NCBI RefSeq assembly: GCF_907163135.1
Contig: NZ_CAJQUA010000002.1
Location: forward strand, 1-24,000
DNA from: Brachymonas denitrificans
Lineage (GTDB): Bacteria; Pseudomonadota; Gammaproteobacteria; Burkholderiales; Burkholderiaceae_C
DNA length: 24,000 nucleotides
Direction: 5' to 3'
Part shown: positions 15,921-22,731 of the stretch, one piece after another
Position numbering within the stretch: position 1 is the first letter of the stretch
How the letters are laid out: every line of letters starts with the position of its first letter
The notes under the pieces: generated by a model
Told to the model about the DNA's origin: nothing
Database searches by the model: none
The model's input: only the letters and a program-made list of their open reading frames with translations
Program-made: the position numbers and the translations under genes

Positions 15921-16221
15921 CAGGGGGCGGCAGGTGCGGAGGGCGCGGTTGCTTCGTCATATGAAGCAAAGTCACCTAGCTGAATTAATGGGTGTGGATC
16001 AGGCAACCGTGTCGCGCTGGGAGCGGGGCACCCTTGCATTGTCGGATGGGAGGTGGTCAGCGGTTCTTCAATTGCTTACCGGGCCTTCCGATTCATCGTA
16101 CGACGCTGCGCTGAAGCGTCTGGTGCAATCCTCCGCCCACAAAGTCCATCTGGTAGCGACCGGACACATTGTTTGCTCGCGGCATCTCCGGCCAGGCAAA
16201 GGGAATTGCGGATTGACCTAG
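15907..16221 (+). CDS. XRE-family HTH protein, probably the 5' part of a frameshifted gene
   Basis: HTH QSHLAELMGVDQATVSRWERG. Protein-like reading continues in other frames (16053-16268, then about 16262-16507 without a start), suggesting at least 2 frameshifts. Confidence 0.45.
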   Translation: MLTNDRGRQVRRARLLRHMKQSHLAELMGVDQATVSRWERGTLALSDGRWSAVLQLLTGPSDSSYDAALKRLVQSSAHKVHLVATGHIVCSRHLRPGKGNCGLT

Positions 16222-16689
16222 CCGAACTCCTTGGTAAATCGCTGCGTGTTTATGCGTCCCCGAGATAGTTGCGGCCGACTCTGCGCTTAATGGGCTCGGT
16301 TGGCATGAGGGGCGGCTGGGGTCACTCGAGGTGGATACCGGCCCGAACTGGAGCGAGGAACTTCCATACTGCCAAGGCGAATGCTGTGGGAGCGCATCAT
16401 GCTCGCTGATGGTAGCCCGGCACTACTTGTTACCACCACAGCTTAATGCGAAGGGTGCTCCTGTTCTTGTGCATATTTTATGCGCTGCTGATTGTGCATC
16501 GAACTGATAACCTCAACGGGTCTGCTTTGTAGTTCACCACACCCCTGACGCGCGCGTGCCGGATAAGCAGAACTATGGTGCCGATGGATGTCAGGAACAC
16601 TCGGCCTGGTTCGTAACTAGGTCGTCCTGCGCGATCCTGCGGCTAGGGCCGGAATCGTGCTCGCCAGTCAGGCGCTGATGAAGCCTATG

Positions 16690-17509
16690 GGCACTGTTGC
16701 AAATAGTCGGTGGTGATAAACTTATCATCCCCTTTTGCTGATGGAGCTGCACATGAACCCATTCAAAGGCCGGCATTTTCAGCGTGACATCATTCTGTGG
16801 GCCGTACGCTGGTACTGCAAATACGGCATCAGTTACCGTGAGCTGCAGGAGATGCTGGCTGAACGCGGAGTGAATGTCGATCACTCCACGATTTACCGCT
16901 GGGTTCAGCGTTATGCGCCTGAAATGGAAAAACGGCTGCGCTGGTACTGGCGTAACCCTTCCGATCTTTGCCCGTGGCACATGGATGAAACCTACGTGAA
17001 GGTCAATGGCCGCTGGGCGTATCTGTACCGGGCCGTCGACAGCCGGGGCCGCACTGTCGATTTTTATCTCTCCTCCCGTCGTAACAGCAAAGCTGCATAC
17101 CGGTTTCTGGGTAAAATCCTCAACAACGTGAAGAAGTGGCAGATCCCGCGATTCATCAACACGGATAAAGCGCCCGCCTATGGTCGCGCGCTTGCTCTGC
17201 TCAAACGCGAAGGCCGGTGCCCGTCTGACGTTGAACACCGACAGATTAAGTACCGGAACAACGTGATTGAATGCGATCATGGCAAACTGAAACGGATAAT
17301 CGGCGCCACGCTGGGATTTAAATCCATGAAGACGGCTTACGCCACCATCAAAGGTATTGAGGTGATGCGTGCACTACGCAAAGGCCAGGCCTCAGCATTT
17401 TATTATGGTGATCCCCTGGGCGAAATGCGCCTGGTAAGCAGAGTTTTTGAAATGTAAGGCCTTTGAATAAGACAAAAGGCTGCCTCATCGCTAACTTTGC
17501 AACAGTGCC
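16690..17509 (+). mobile_element. IS26 (copy 2), 820 bp, same orientation as copy 1
   Basis: GGCACTGTTGCAAA at 16690 and TTTGCAACAGTGCC ending at 17509. The encoded ORF is identical to copy 1. Confidence 0.97.
16753..17457 (+). CDS. tnp26: IS26 transposase Tnp26
   Basis: Protein identical to the copy at 8597-9301. Confidence 0.95.
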   Translation: MNPFKGRHFQRDIILWAVRWYCKYGISYRELQEMLAERGVNVDHSTIYRWVQRYAPEMEKRLRWYWRNPSDLCPWHMDETYVKVNGRWAYLYRAVDSRGRTVDFYLSSRRNSKAAYRFLGKILNNVKKWQIPRFINTDKAPAYGRALALLKREGRCPSDVEHRQIKYRNNVIECDHGKLKRIIGATLGFKSMKTAYATIKGIEVMRALRKGQASAFYYGDPLGEMRLVSRVFEM

Positions 17510-17613
17510 GTCGAGATTGGTGCAGATCACTTCTGATATTGAACTGTCAGGAGCTGGCTGCACAACAGCCATTACGCCCAATCAACTGGTGCAGTCGTCT
17601 TCTGAAAATGACA
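17510..17613 (-). repeat. Outer 104 bp of the Tn402/class 1 integron tni end, including IRt (17589-17613) and inner TniA-binding repeats
   Basis: ggtgcagatcacttctgatattgaactgtcaggagctggctgcacaacagccattacgcccaatcaactggtgcagtcgtcttctgaaaatgaca, recognised as the IRt end. Truncated on the inner side by IS26. Confidence 0.88.
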
Positions 17614-17618
17614 AAAAC
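17614..17618. repeat. Target-site duplication AAAAC, right copy
   Basis: Immediately outside IRt; matches 5843-5847. Confidence 0.7.
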
Positions 17619-17633
17619 GCCCCTTGCGGCAAC

Positions 17634-17661
17634 TGTCCAACAAACCACCGTTTAACTGACA
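17634..17661. promoter_or_regulatory. 28-bp TGTC...GACA resolvase-type site (displaced part of the backbone res)
   Basis: TGTCCAACAAaccaccgtTTAACTGACA. The left half-site TGTCCAA matches the half-sites at 5765 and 5832-5839 (reverse complement). Confidence 0.4.
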
Positions 17662-17671
17662 CTTGCGCGCC

Positions 17672-17714
17672 CATTGATTCATTGATAGAGTTGCATTGAT
17701 TAAATTCAATCAAT
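17672..17714. promoter_or_regulatory. CATTGAT repeat cluster / 20-bp palindrome upstream of the HTH gene
   Basis: CATTGAT at 17672, 17680 and 17694. ATTGATT-aaattc-AATCAAT at 17695-17714. Confidence 0.35.
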
Positions 17715-17742
17715 CCAACTAATTCGATGAATGGAGAAGAAC

Positions 17743-18093
17743 ATGGGGAAACCCAAGAGTACCGATCTGGTCGTGCAGCCCCCGCTGGCAATTCCTCTGA
17801 ACATTGATCCTGAAAAGGACAGCTACATCATCAAGGGAGGGGCAGGTGTAGCGGTAGCTCACGTCAAGAAGCCTTCCGGCGAAGTTTTTTCCGTCCACGT
17901 CCGCGCGAATGGTGCCTTTCGCCAAATGACCCACTTCGATCCATCGCAGTTGACGGTCGATGAGCGTCGTCGCTTGGAATTGGACTTGTACGAGAAGGGC
18001 CACACACAAAGCGACATCGCCGACCTCGTAGGCGTGAAGCAACCAACCGTGGCTCACGACTTGAAATTGATGCGCAAAGCCAACGGCTCTTGA
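17743..18093 (+). CDS. Small DNA-binding protein with a C-terminal HTH
   Basis: ORF 17731..18093. ATG 17743 has GGAGA 5 nt upstream. C-terminal HTQSDIADLVGVKQPTVAHDLKLMRK is a clear helix-turn-helix. Confidence 0.6.
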   Translation: MGKPKSTDLVVQPPLAIPLNIDPEKDSYIIKGGAGVAVAHVKKPSGEVFSVHVRANGAFRQMTHFDPSQLTVDERRRLELDLYEKGHTQSDIADLVGVKQPTVAHDLKLMRKANGS

Positions 18094-18122
18094 AGTTTCC
18101 CAGACACACCGGACGCAATGTG

Positions 18123-18140
18123 TAGGTATATATATACCTA
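18123..18140. repeat. 18-bp perfect AT-rich palindrome between convergent genes
   Basis: TAGGTATATATATACCTA. Confidence 0.6.
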
Positions 18141-18151
18141 TATGCGATCCA

Positions 18152-18367
18152 TCAACCGGCGATCTCGTTCAAGCATCGCGTCTCGGCGCGCTGCCGCACA
18201 CCTTGCAGGAAGGCGTGCAGCGCGCGGCGCTGCTCGGCCTCTTCGAGCTTGCGGTACTGGGCTTGCAGGGCCGCGATCTGCTCGGCGATCTCCCGCATCT
18301 TGGGCGTCATCTCGACCCGCATCATGCGGTGGTCAGGTCTGCACGCGGTGTAGTCAGTCTTGGGCAT
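18152..18367 (-). CDS. Hypothetical 71-aa protein
   Basis: ATG 18367 with GGAGA 5 nt upstream (the track start 18382 is a TTG). Overlaps the end of the upstream ORF by 14 nt. Helical and charged (REIAEQIAALQAQYRKLEEAEQRR). Confidence 0.45.
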   Translation of the reverse strand: MPKTDYTACRPDHRMMRVEMTPKMREIAEQIAALQAQYRKLEEAEQRRALHAFLQGVRQRAETRCLNEIAG

Positions 18368-18818
18368 AGGCGTCTCCGTCAATGAGTTGAATGTTGGTGG
18401 CGGCCATCACGATGGCTCGCACCTCGATGGCGTAAACGATCAGCTCCGCGCCATCGTCGGCTTCCAGTCGAAGCATGTCCGCGCCACTGGCGATGAACTC
18501 GGCGCGCAGCGCGCGGCCGATGTCGCGCAAAGCCGCTTGGTCGATCTCTCCGGTCAGGCTGGCCATCTGACCCATGCCCGACCGGGCGGCTGGGATGTGC
18601 AGCACCTCAAGCCCGGAGCCGGGCAGCAGGTCTGGAATGCAGACAGGCCCCCGGCGAGCGCGAAGCGCGACCGCCTGCAAGGCTTCGAGCGTGGCGGCAA
18701 TGCAGCGCGTACTTGCAGCAGGTCGGATGCGCGCAGTCACCCAGCGGGCAGCGGCTGCAAGCTCGTCGGCCGAAAAGCCTTGTGGCAGTGCAGGTGTGAG
18801 CGTTTCTGCGCGCGGCAT
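18354..18818 (-). CDS. Hypothetical 154-aa protein translationally coupled to the relaxase-primase gene
   Basis: ATG 18818-18816 shares its A with the relaxase TGA (TGATG). I recognise no motif. Confidence 0.5.
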   Translation of the reverse strand: MPRAETLTPALPQGFSADELAAAARWVTARIRPAASTRCIAATLEALQAVALRARRGPVCIPDLLPGSGLEVLHIPAARSGMGQMASLTGEIDQAALRDIGRALRAEFIASGADMLRLEADDGAELIVYAIEVRAIVMAATNIQLIDGDAYAQD

Positions 18819-21511
18819 CAAGCTCCCATCCTTGGCCCTTCAAGGGCTGGATCGCGACCTTCGAGCCGCAGGAAGTCCTCCCGGTAGCGCTCGATCTTGG
18901 CCAGCATCCGGGAGCCGTCCGGGCCGAATGCGTAGCGCGCTGTCCGCTGGGCATAATCATGCCAGTTCCGGCCCTCGTCGGCGGTGCGAATCGACGGCGC
19001 GCAGGCCTCAAGGACGGTGGCGATCTCATCCTGACCGTGCCCGGTGGCCCGTAGCCGCACGGCGATCATGGAGTCCACGCGCGACAGGTCGATCCCGTCG
19101 CCCTTGTGTCGCGCAGCAATGTCGCGGTAGTGCGCCTCGTAGGCATTGGCAGGCGGCGCAGTGCGCGCAGCAGCAGGCATGGCAGGCCTCCGCTCTTGTG
19201 CCACGCGGACTTCCTCGTCGAGCTGGCGAGCAACGACACAGCTCATTGCGTATGCCTTGTCGCATGTGCAGGCCACGGCGTGACGCAGCTCCACCACCGG
19301 GAAGGTTCCGTCCGGCCGCTGGTACTTCGGCGCAGGCGCACCCGGCTCCCATTTGCGGTTCTCGAACCCCGCCGCACGATGTGGGTGGATGCAGGCTTGC
19401 AGCTTCGGGTCGCCATACTGCTTGTTGAGGGCAACGATGAGGCGATTGCCCACGTCCTGATCGTCCGTTCGGCCCAGCTTCGGCACATTGAGGATTGCCT
19501 GCAACTTGCCCGGACTCGATTCCAGAACCACCGCAGGCCGGTAGCCATCGGCGAGCATCTGGCGCAGGCTGGCATCGGTCAGGTCATCGACCAGCACATG
19601 GTGCATCCGCTCGCTTCGCGGGGTGTAGTAAAGGTTCTCGCCGCGAGCGTGGAAACGCAACAGCTCCCGCATCCGGCGCTCCACCACTGCTGCTTCCACG
19701 CCGTCCTTGCCACCCAGCACAAAGGCCTTTCGATGGTCGGCAGCCATCTTGATCGACGTGAGGGTGTACCTGTCCGCACCGATGGCTGCGTGGTACTGCT
19801 CAAAGAGCTTCATCTGGGGCGTGCGCATTGCTTCCTCCCGTGCTGCCTTCCGTGCTTCCTTGGCCGCTTCCACCTGCGCTTGCAGCTCAGGGTTCGCGAT
19901 GCGGATGCCGTGCTCCGCAGCGAGCCGAACACAGGTTGACTTGTATTCATCCGAGCCGAACACTGTGACCTTCCCCCACTTGGCAGCGCCAAGCTGCAAC
20001 GCGGCCAAGGTCGCAGCCTCGTCGTGGGCCTCCTGAACGTCGATGCGACGGCCGTGGTCAGTGAATGAGACAGCCTCAGACACACCCCCCGCCGCCCCTT
20101 GGCGGCGGTACTCGACCGTGCTGCCAACAATCTCGCCCGCGAAGGCGCGAAGATCGCGAGGCAAGGCATCGTTGTCGCCATCGCCTTCAAGACGCAGCGG
20201 CTCGTGCCGGTGGTAGCGGAAGTCGCCAGCGTCCTCTAGGCTGAACCACTTGGACAGCCACTCGTTGTATTCAGGCCATGCTTCTCGGGCATCCCGCAGC
20301 GCCTTGGCTTCGCGCCGATGTCGCTCCCGGATTTCCAGCTCGACCTGCTTGGCCTCGGCCGCTGCCACGCTTCGCATGGCGTTCAACAGCTCGCCCTTAC
20401 CCTTCCAGTTCTGGACGGCAATGGCCGCGCTGCGCTCCGCCTTCTGGGCACGGAACTGGGCCAGCTCGCGCTCGTAGCGCTCCTTCTCTTCGCGCAGCCT
20501 TTGCGCGAGGTGTGCGCGATGATGCTTCGCGGCTGTGATGTAGTCATCCCAGCCGGGCAAGTCCGGCCGCAACGGCTCAGGCTTGCGCTCCACAGGCACG
20601 ACAGCAGGGTCAGCAGGTTCAAAAGCGCCAAGCCGCTTGGTGAGCTTCGGCAAGCTGCACCAGTGGCCCGCCGTACTGGCCTTCACGGCTTGATCGCCAA
20701 CGTAGATGTGCGCCCCGCCACCGGCTTTGACGTAGCGCATTCCGCGCTCGGCGAGGCCTTGGTGCAGCTCGGCCCAGCTTGCAGCCGACCGGATCAGCTC
20801 ACCAGCTTCTTCGATGACGATGCGCGCTGCGCTCTTTTGGCCCGTCCGGTTTTCCATGTCACCGGCACGAGTCGGGACAGTGGGAACGCCATCCAACTTG
20901 CCAACACGGGCAACGGTTCCATCGTCCATCACCGTGTAGCGTGCCCGTCGCTCCGGCCGCCAACCTTGGCGATGTTCAATGATGGCCACCGTGCGCTGTG
21001 CCGCCTCTTTCCACCAACCCTTCGCAGGCTTCACGACCTGATAGGTTTCCGGGCTGACCTTGTTGATCGAGATGTGCAGGTGGATGTTGTCGGTGTCCTT
21101 ATGCAACGCCGCAATGACTTGATGTTTCTGGAGCTTGAGCTGTTCCAGAAACACATCCAGCAATTCCTCAATTTGCTCGGGTGTGGGCTGCTCATCCTCA
21201 TGCCACGATGCAACCCAGTGCTGGATCGGGTACTTGGACTTCTTGCACTCCATCGCGAGGGCGGTCATCTCGGCCTGCTGCCCCTTGAAGGTATTTGTGT
21301 TGAACCCGCGCGTCGTCAGGTAAAGCACCTTCTCCGGCTGCTCACCGTCCCCGCCGTGAATCACGCCGTCTTGGTCGATGTGATACCCGAGGCGAGTCAG
21401 GCGGGCCGCGTCATCGGGCACGGCGATGTACTCGGTCAAGTCAGCGATGTTGGTCGCCTTGGACTTGCGACCGGCCTTATCCAGATCGAGAGGGATCAAC
21501 TTGAGGATCAC
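18818..21511 (-). CDS. mobA: Relaxase-primase fusion: IncP TraI-like (MOB-P type) relaxase N-terminus + RSF1010 RepB'-like primase C-terminus
   Basis: N-terminus MILKLIPLD...NIADLTEYI (compare RP4 TraI MIAKHVP...ELVKYI with catalytic Tyr). Motif III ALHKDTDNIHLHISINKV. C-terminal NLYYTPRSERMHHVLVDDL...GYRPAVVLESSPGKLQAILNV...HPHRAAGFENRK and SRVDSMIAVRLRATGHGQDEI resemble RepB'. The GTG start overlaps the upstream stop (GTGA). Confidence 0.88.
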   Translation of the reverse strand: MILKLIPLDLDKAGRKSKATNIADLTEYIAVPDDAARLTRLGYHIDQDGVIHGGDGEQPEKVLYLTTRGFNTNTFKGQQAEMTALAMECKKSKYPIQHWVASWHEDEQPTPEQIEELLDVFLEQLKLQKHQVIAALHKDTDNIHLHISINKVSPETYQVVKPAKGWWKEAAQRTVAIIEHRQGWRPERRARYTVMDDGTVARVGKLDGVPTVPTRAGDMENRTGQKSAARIVIEEAGELIRSAASWAELHQGLAERGMRYVKAGGGAHIYVGDQAVKASTAGHWCSLPKLTKRLGAFEPADPAVVPVERKPEPLRPDLPGWDDYITAAKHHRAHLAQRLREEKERYERELAQFRAQKAERSAAIAVQNWKGKGELLNAMRSVAAAEAKQVELEIRERHRREAKALRDAREAWPEYNEWLSKWFSLEDAGDFRYHRHEPLRLEGDGDNDALPRDLRAFAGEIVGSTVEYRRQGAAGGVSEAVSFTDHGRRIDVQEAHDEAATLAALQLGAAKWGKVTVFGSDEYKSTCVRLAAEHGIRIANPELQAQVEAAKEARKAAREEAMRTPQMKLFEQYHAAIGADRYTLTSIKMAADHRKAFVLGGKDGVEAAVVERRMRELLRFHARGENLYYTPRSERMHHVLVDDLTDASLRQMLADGYRPAVVLESSPGKLQAILNVPKLGRTDDQDVGNRLIVALNKQYGDPKLQACIHPHRAAGFENRKWEPGAPAPKYQRPDGTFPVVELRHAVACTCDKAYAMSCVVARQLDEEVRVAQERRPAMPAAARTAPPANAYEAHYRDIAARHKGDGIDLSRVDSMIAVRLRATGHGQDEIATVLEACAPSIRTADEGRNWHDYAQRTARYAFGPDGSRMLAKIERYREDFLRLEGRDPALEGPRMGA

Positions 21512-21828
21512 TGGTCAGCCCCCTTGTTGGCGAGCTGGTCGATGTACGCATAGACCTGTCGCAATGCACGCGCCGTCTCGGCGCTATAGATGCCACCGGA
21601 CTCGGTGTGGACGTGCTTGAGCAGACCGCCGATGCGGTTCAGGTGCCGGATCATTTTTTCGTCGGCGTGCGCCACGATCTTGCGACCGAAGTACCTGCGC
21701 CTGACCAGCTCGCTCACCGACAGGCCTGCGTCGTCAGCATCAGCCCGCAGCCTCACCTTCTCGGCGGCTGTCAGCCGCACACCGATGCGCTCGGTGAGCG
21801 GCTCCCCATCCTTGACCTCAAACGGCAT
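21508..21828 (-). CDS. TraJ/MobC-type ribbon-helix-helix relaxosome accessory protein
   Basis: GVRLTAAEKVRLRADADDAGLSVSELVRR...LNRIGGLLKHV parallels RP4 TraJ (…INGDLGRLGGLLKLW). AAGGAG SD before ATG 21828. Confidence 0.75.
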   Translation of the reverse strand: MPFEVKDGEPLTERIGVRLTAAEKVRLRADADDAGLSVSELVRRRYFGRKIVAHADEKMIRHLNRIGGLLKHVHTESGGIYSAETARALRQVYAYIDQLANKGADQ

Positions 21829-22255
21829 TCGCTGGCTCCTTCAATTGGCCCCGTGGGCGGCGGGGTGTGTCTGTTTGTCTACATCGTTGTCATCAGCCCC
21901 CGGCAGGGCAGGATGAGGTGAGCCACGGATCGAGACGCGCAAGCGTCGAGGACACGGCGTCCCTTGGCGGGCACATGGAGCGGTAGCGGCATGTGTTCGA
22001 CAAGGGCCATCCTGTTACGTGCTTTGGACACGGTGCGTATCTCGATGGGGGCAGCTTTCCTTTCCGGTTGGAAGCAAAAAAGCTACTCGCGGCGATGCAC
22101 ATAGTATGGGTTTTTGTGTATGCGTTTGCAAGTCCTAAACGCTTCCCATAATTTCTATTATGGGAAGAAGTCAAAGCAGTAAAAGGCTTTACAGCTTGCG
22201 AGGCATGAAAAAGGACGCCAGAATAAAAGCGTATTTTTCAGACCAAGGAGCAGGC
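21829..22255. other. oriT region with divergent promoters
   Basis: Intergenic between divergent traJ-like and traK-like genes. IncP-type nick cores ATCCTG lie on the minus strand (21909-21914, extended TCACCTCATCCTGCCC) and the plus strand (22009-22014). Several short inverted repeats are present. Confidence 0.6.
22142..22167. promoter_or_regulatory. 26-bp palindrome (operator-like) overlapping a possible promoter of the traK-like operon
   Basis: CTTCCCATAAT-ttct-ATTATGGGAAG, with TTGCAA about 15-17 bp upstream of CATAAT/TAATTT. Confidence 0.45.
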
Positions 22256-22717
22256 ATGGCCATAACGATTGAAAAGGTGGAAGCCATCGCCGCAAAGCTG
22301 CGGGCGATGCCACCGGTAGAAAACAAGAAGCGGGAGATCAGCAAGCAGGAGAGCATCAAGCTGCTGACTGCCGAGATCACCGCAATGCGTGAGCGTGGCT
22401 ACACGCTGGAACAGATCGCCGCCCTGCTGACCGAGGACGAATTGCAGATTGGCGCACCCACACTGAAAAGCTACTTGCAGCGTGCCGCGTCCTCCAGCAA
22501 GCACGGAAGCAAACAGCGCTCGACGAAGCGCAAAGCCGCATCTGCTGCCACCAGCCAGAGCAGCACACCGGCAGCACCGACTGCGACCAGCCCGGCGCAA
22601 AGTCAGCCGCCCGCGCTGACCATCGGGGAGCGTGCCGCCGCCGCTCTACCGCAATCGACGGGAAACACCACCAGCGCAGTCGCCGCGATCACCCGGCCTG
22701 ATCGCCCACGCATCTGA
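22256..22717 (+). CDS. TraK/MobC(IncQ-2)-like oriT-binding protein
   Basis: ATG 22256 with AGGAG 7 nt upstream (the track ORF begins at 22160). MAITIEKVEAIAAKLRAM...GYTLEQIAALL, then a low-complexity Ser/Ala/Pro tail. Position is equivalent to RP4 traK. Confidence 0.55.
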   Translation: MAITIEKVEAIAAKLRAMPPVENKKREISKQESIKLLTAEITAMRERGYTLEQIAALLTEDELQIGAPTLKSYLQRAASSSKHGSKQRSTKRKAASAATSQSSTPAAPTATSPAQSQPPALTIGERAAAALPQSTGNTTSAVAAITRPDRPRI

Positions 22718-22731
22718 GAGGGAGCAAAGAC

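Larger units (their letters stand above)
5848..17613 (+). mobile_element. Composite Tn402/Tn5053-family insertion (element A + 115-bp relic + class 1 integron remnant), 11,766 bp, inserted in the backbone res region
   Basis: The outermost 25-bp IRs (5848-5872 IRi-type, 17589-17613 IRt) are in inverted orientation and flanked by identical AAAAC. The flanking halves TTGGACAG (5832-5839) and CTGTCCAA (17633-17640) are mutually complementary resolvase-type half-sites. Confidence 0.75.

Noticed and set aside
8526-17517. 8-bp target duplications around the IS26 pair or around either single IS26
   Set aside because: The flanking octamers ttctacgg, taaaataa, agcctatg and gtcgagat are all different.
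5848-17613. The alternative reading that element A and the integron remnant are two independent insertions in this plasmid
   Set aside because: Their own flanks do not form duplications (AAAAC vs GCTCA; TCAAA vs AAAAC). Only the outermost pair matches, and the spacer between them is foreign resolvase/res sequence.
18574-19428. 284-aa plus-strand ORF rich in Arg/Ala/Pro/Ser
   Set aside because: It is antisense to the primase domain and the 154-aa ORF. The low-complexity composition indicates a GC-driven shadow frame.
20318-21553. 411-aa plus-strand ORF
   Set aside because: It lies entirely antisense to the well-supported relaxase-primase gene. It has no motifs and an Arg/Leu/Ala-rich composition typical of high-GC shadow ORFs.
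22160-22255. The upstream starts (22160, 22205) of the traK-like ORF
   Set aside because: The first ATG lies inside the 26-bp palindrome, and neither has an SD. ATG 22256 has AGGAG at the right spacing.
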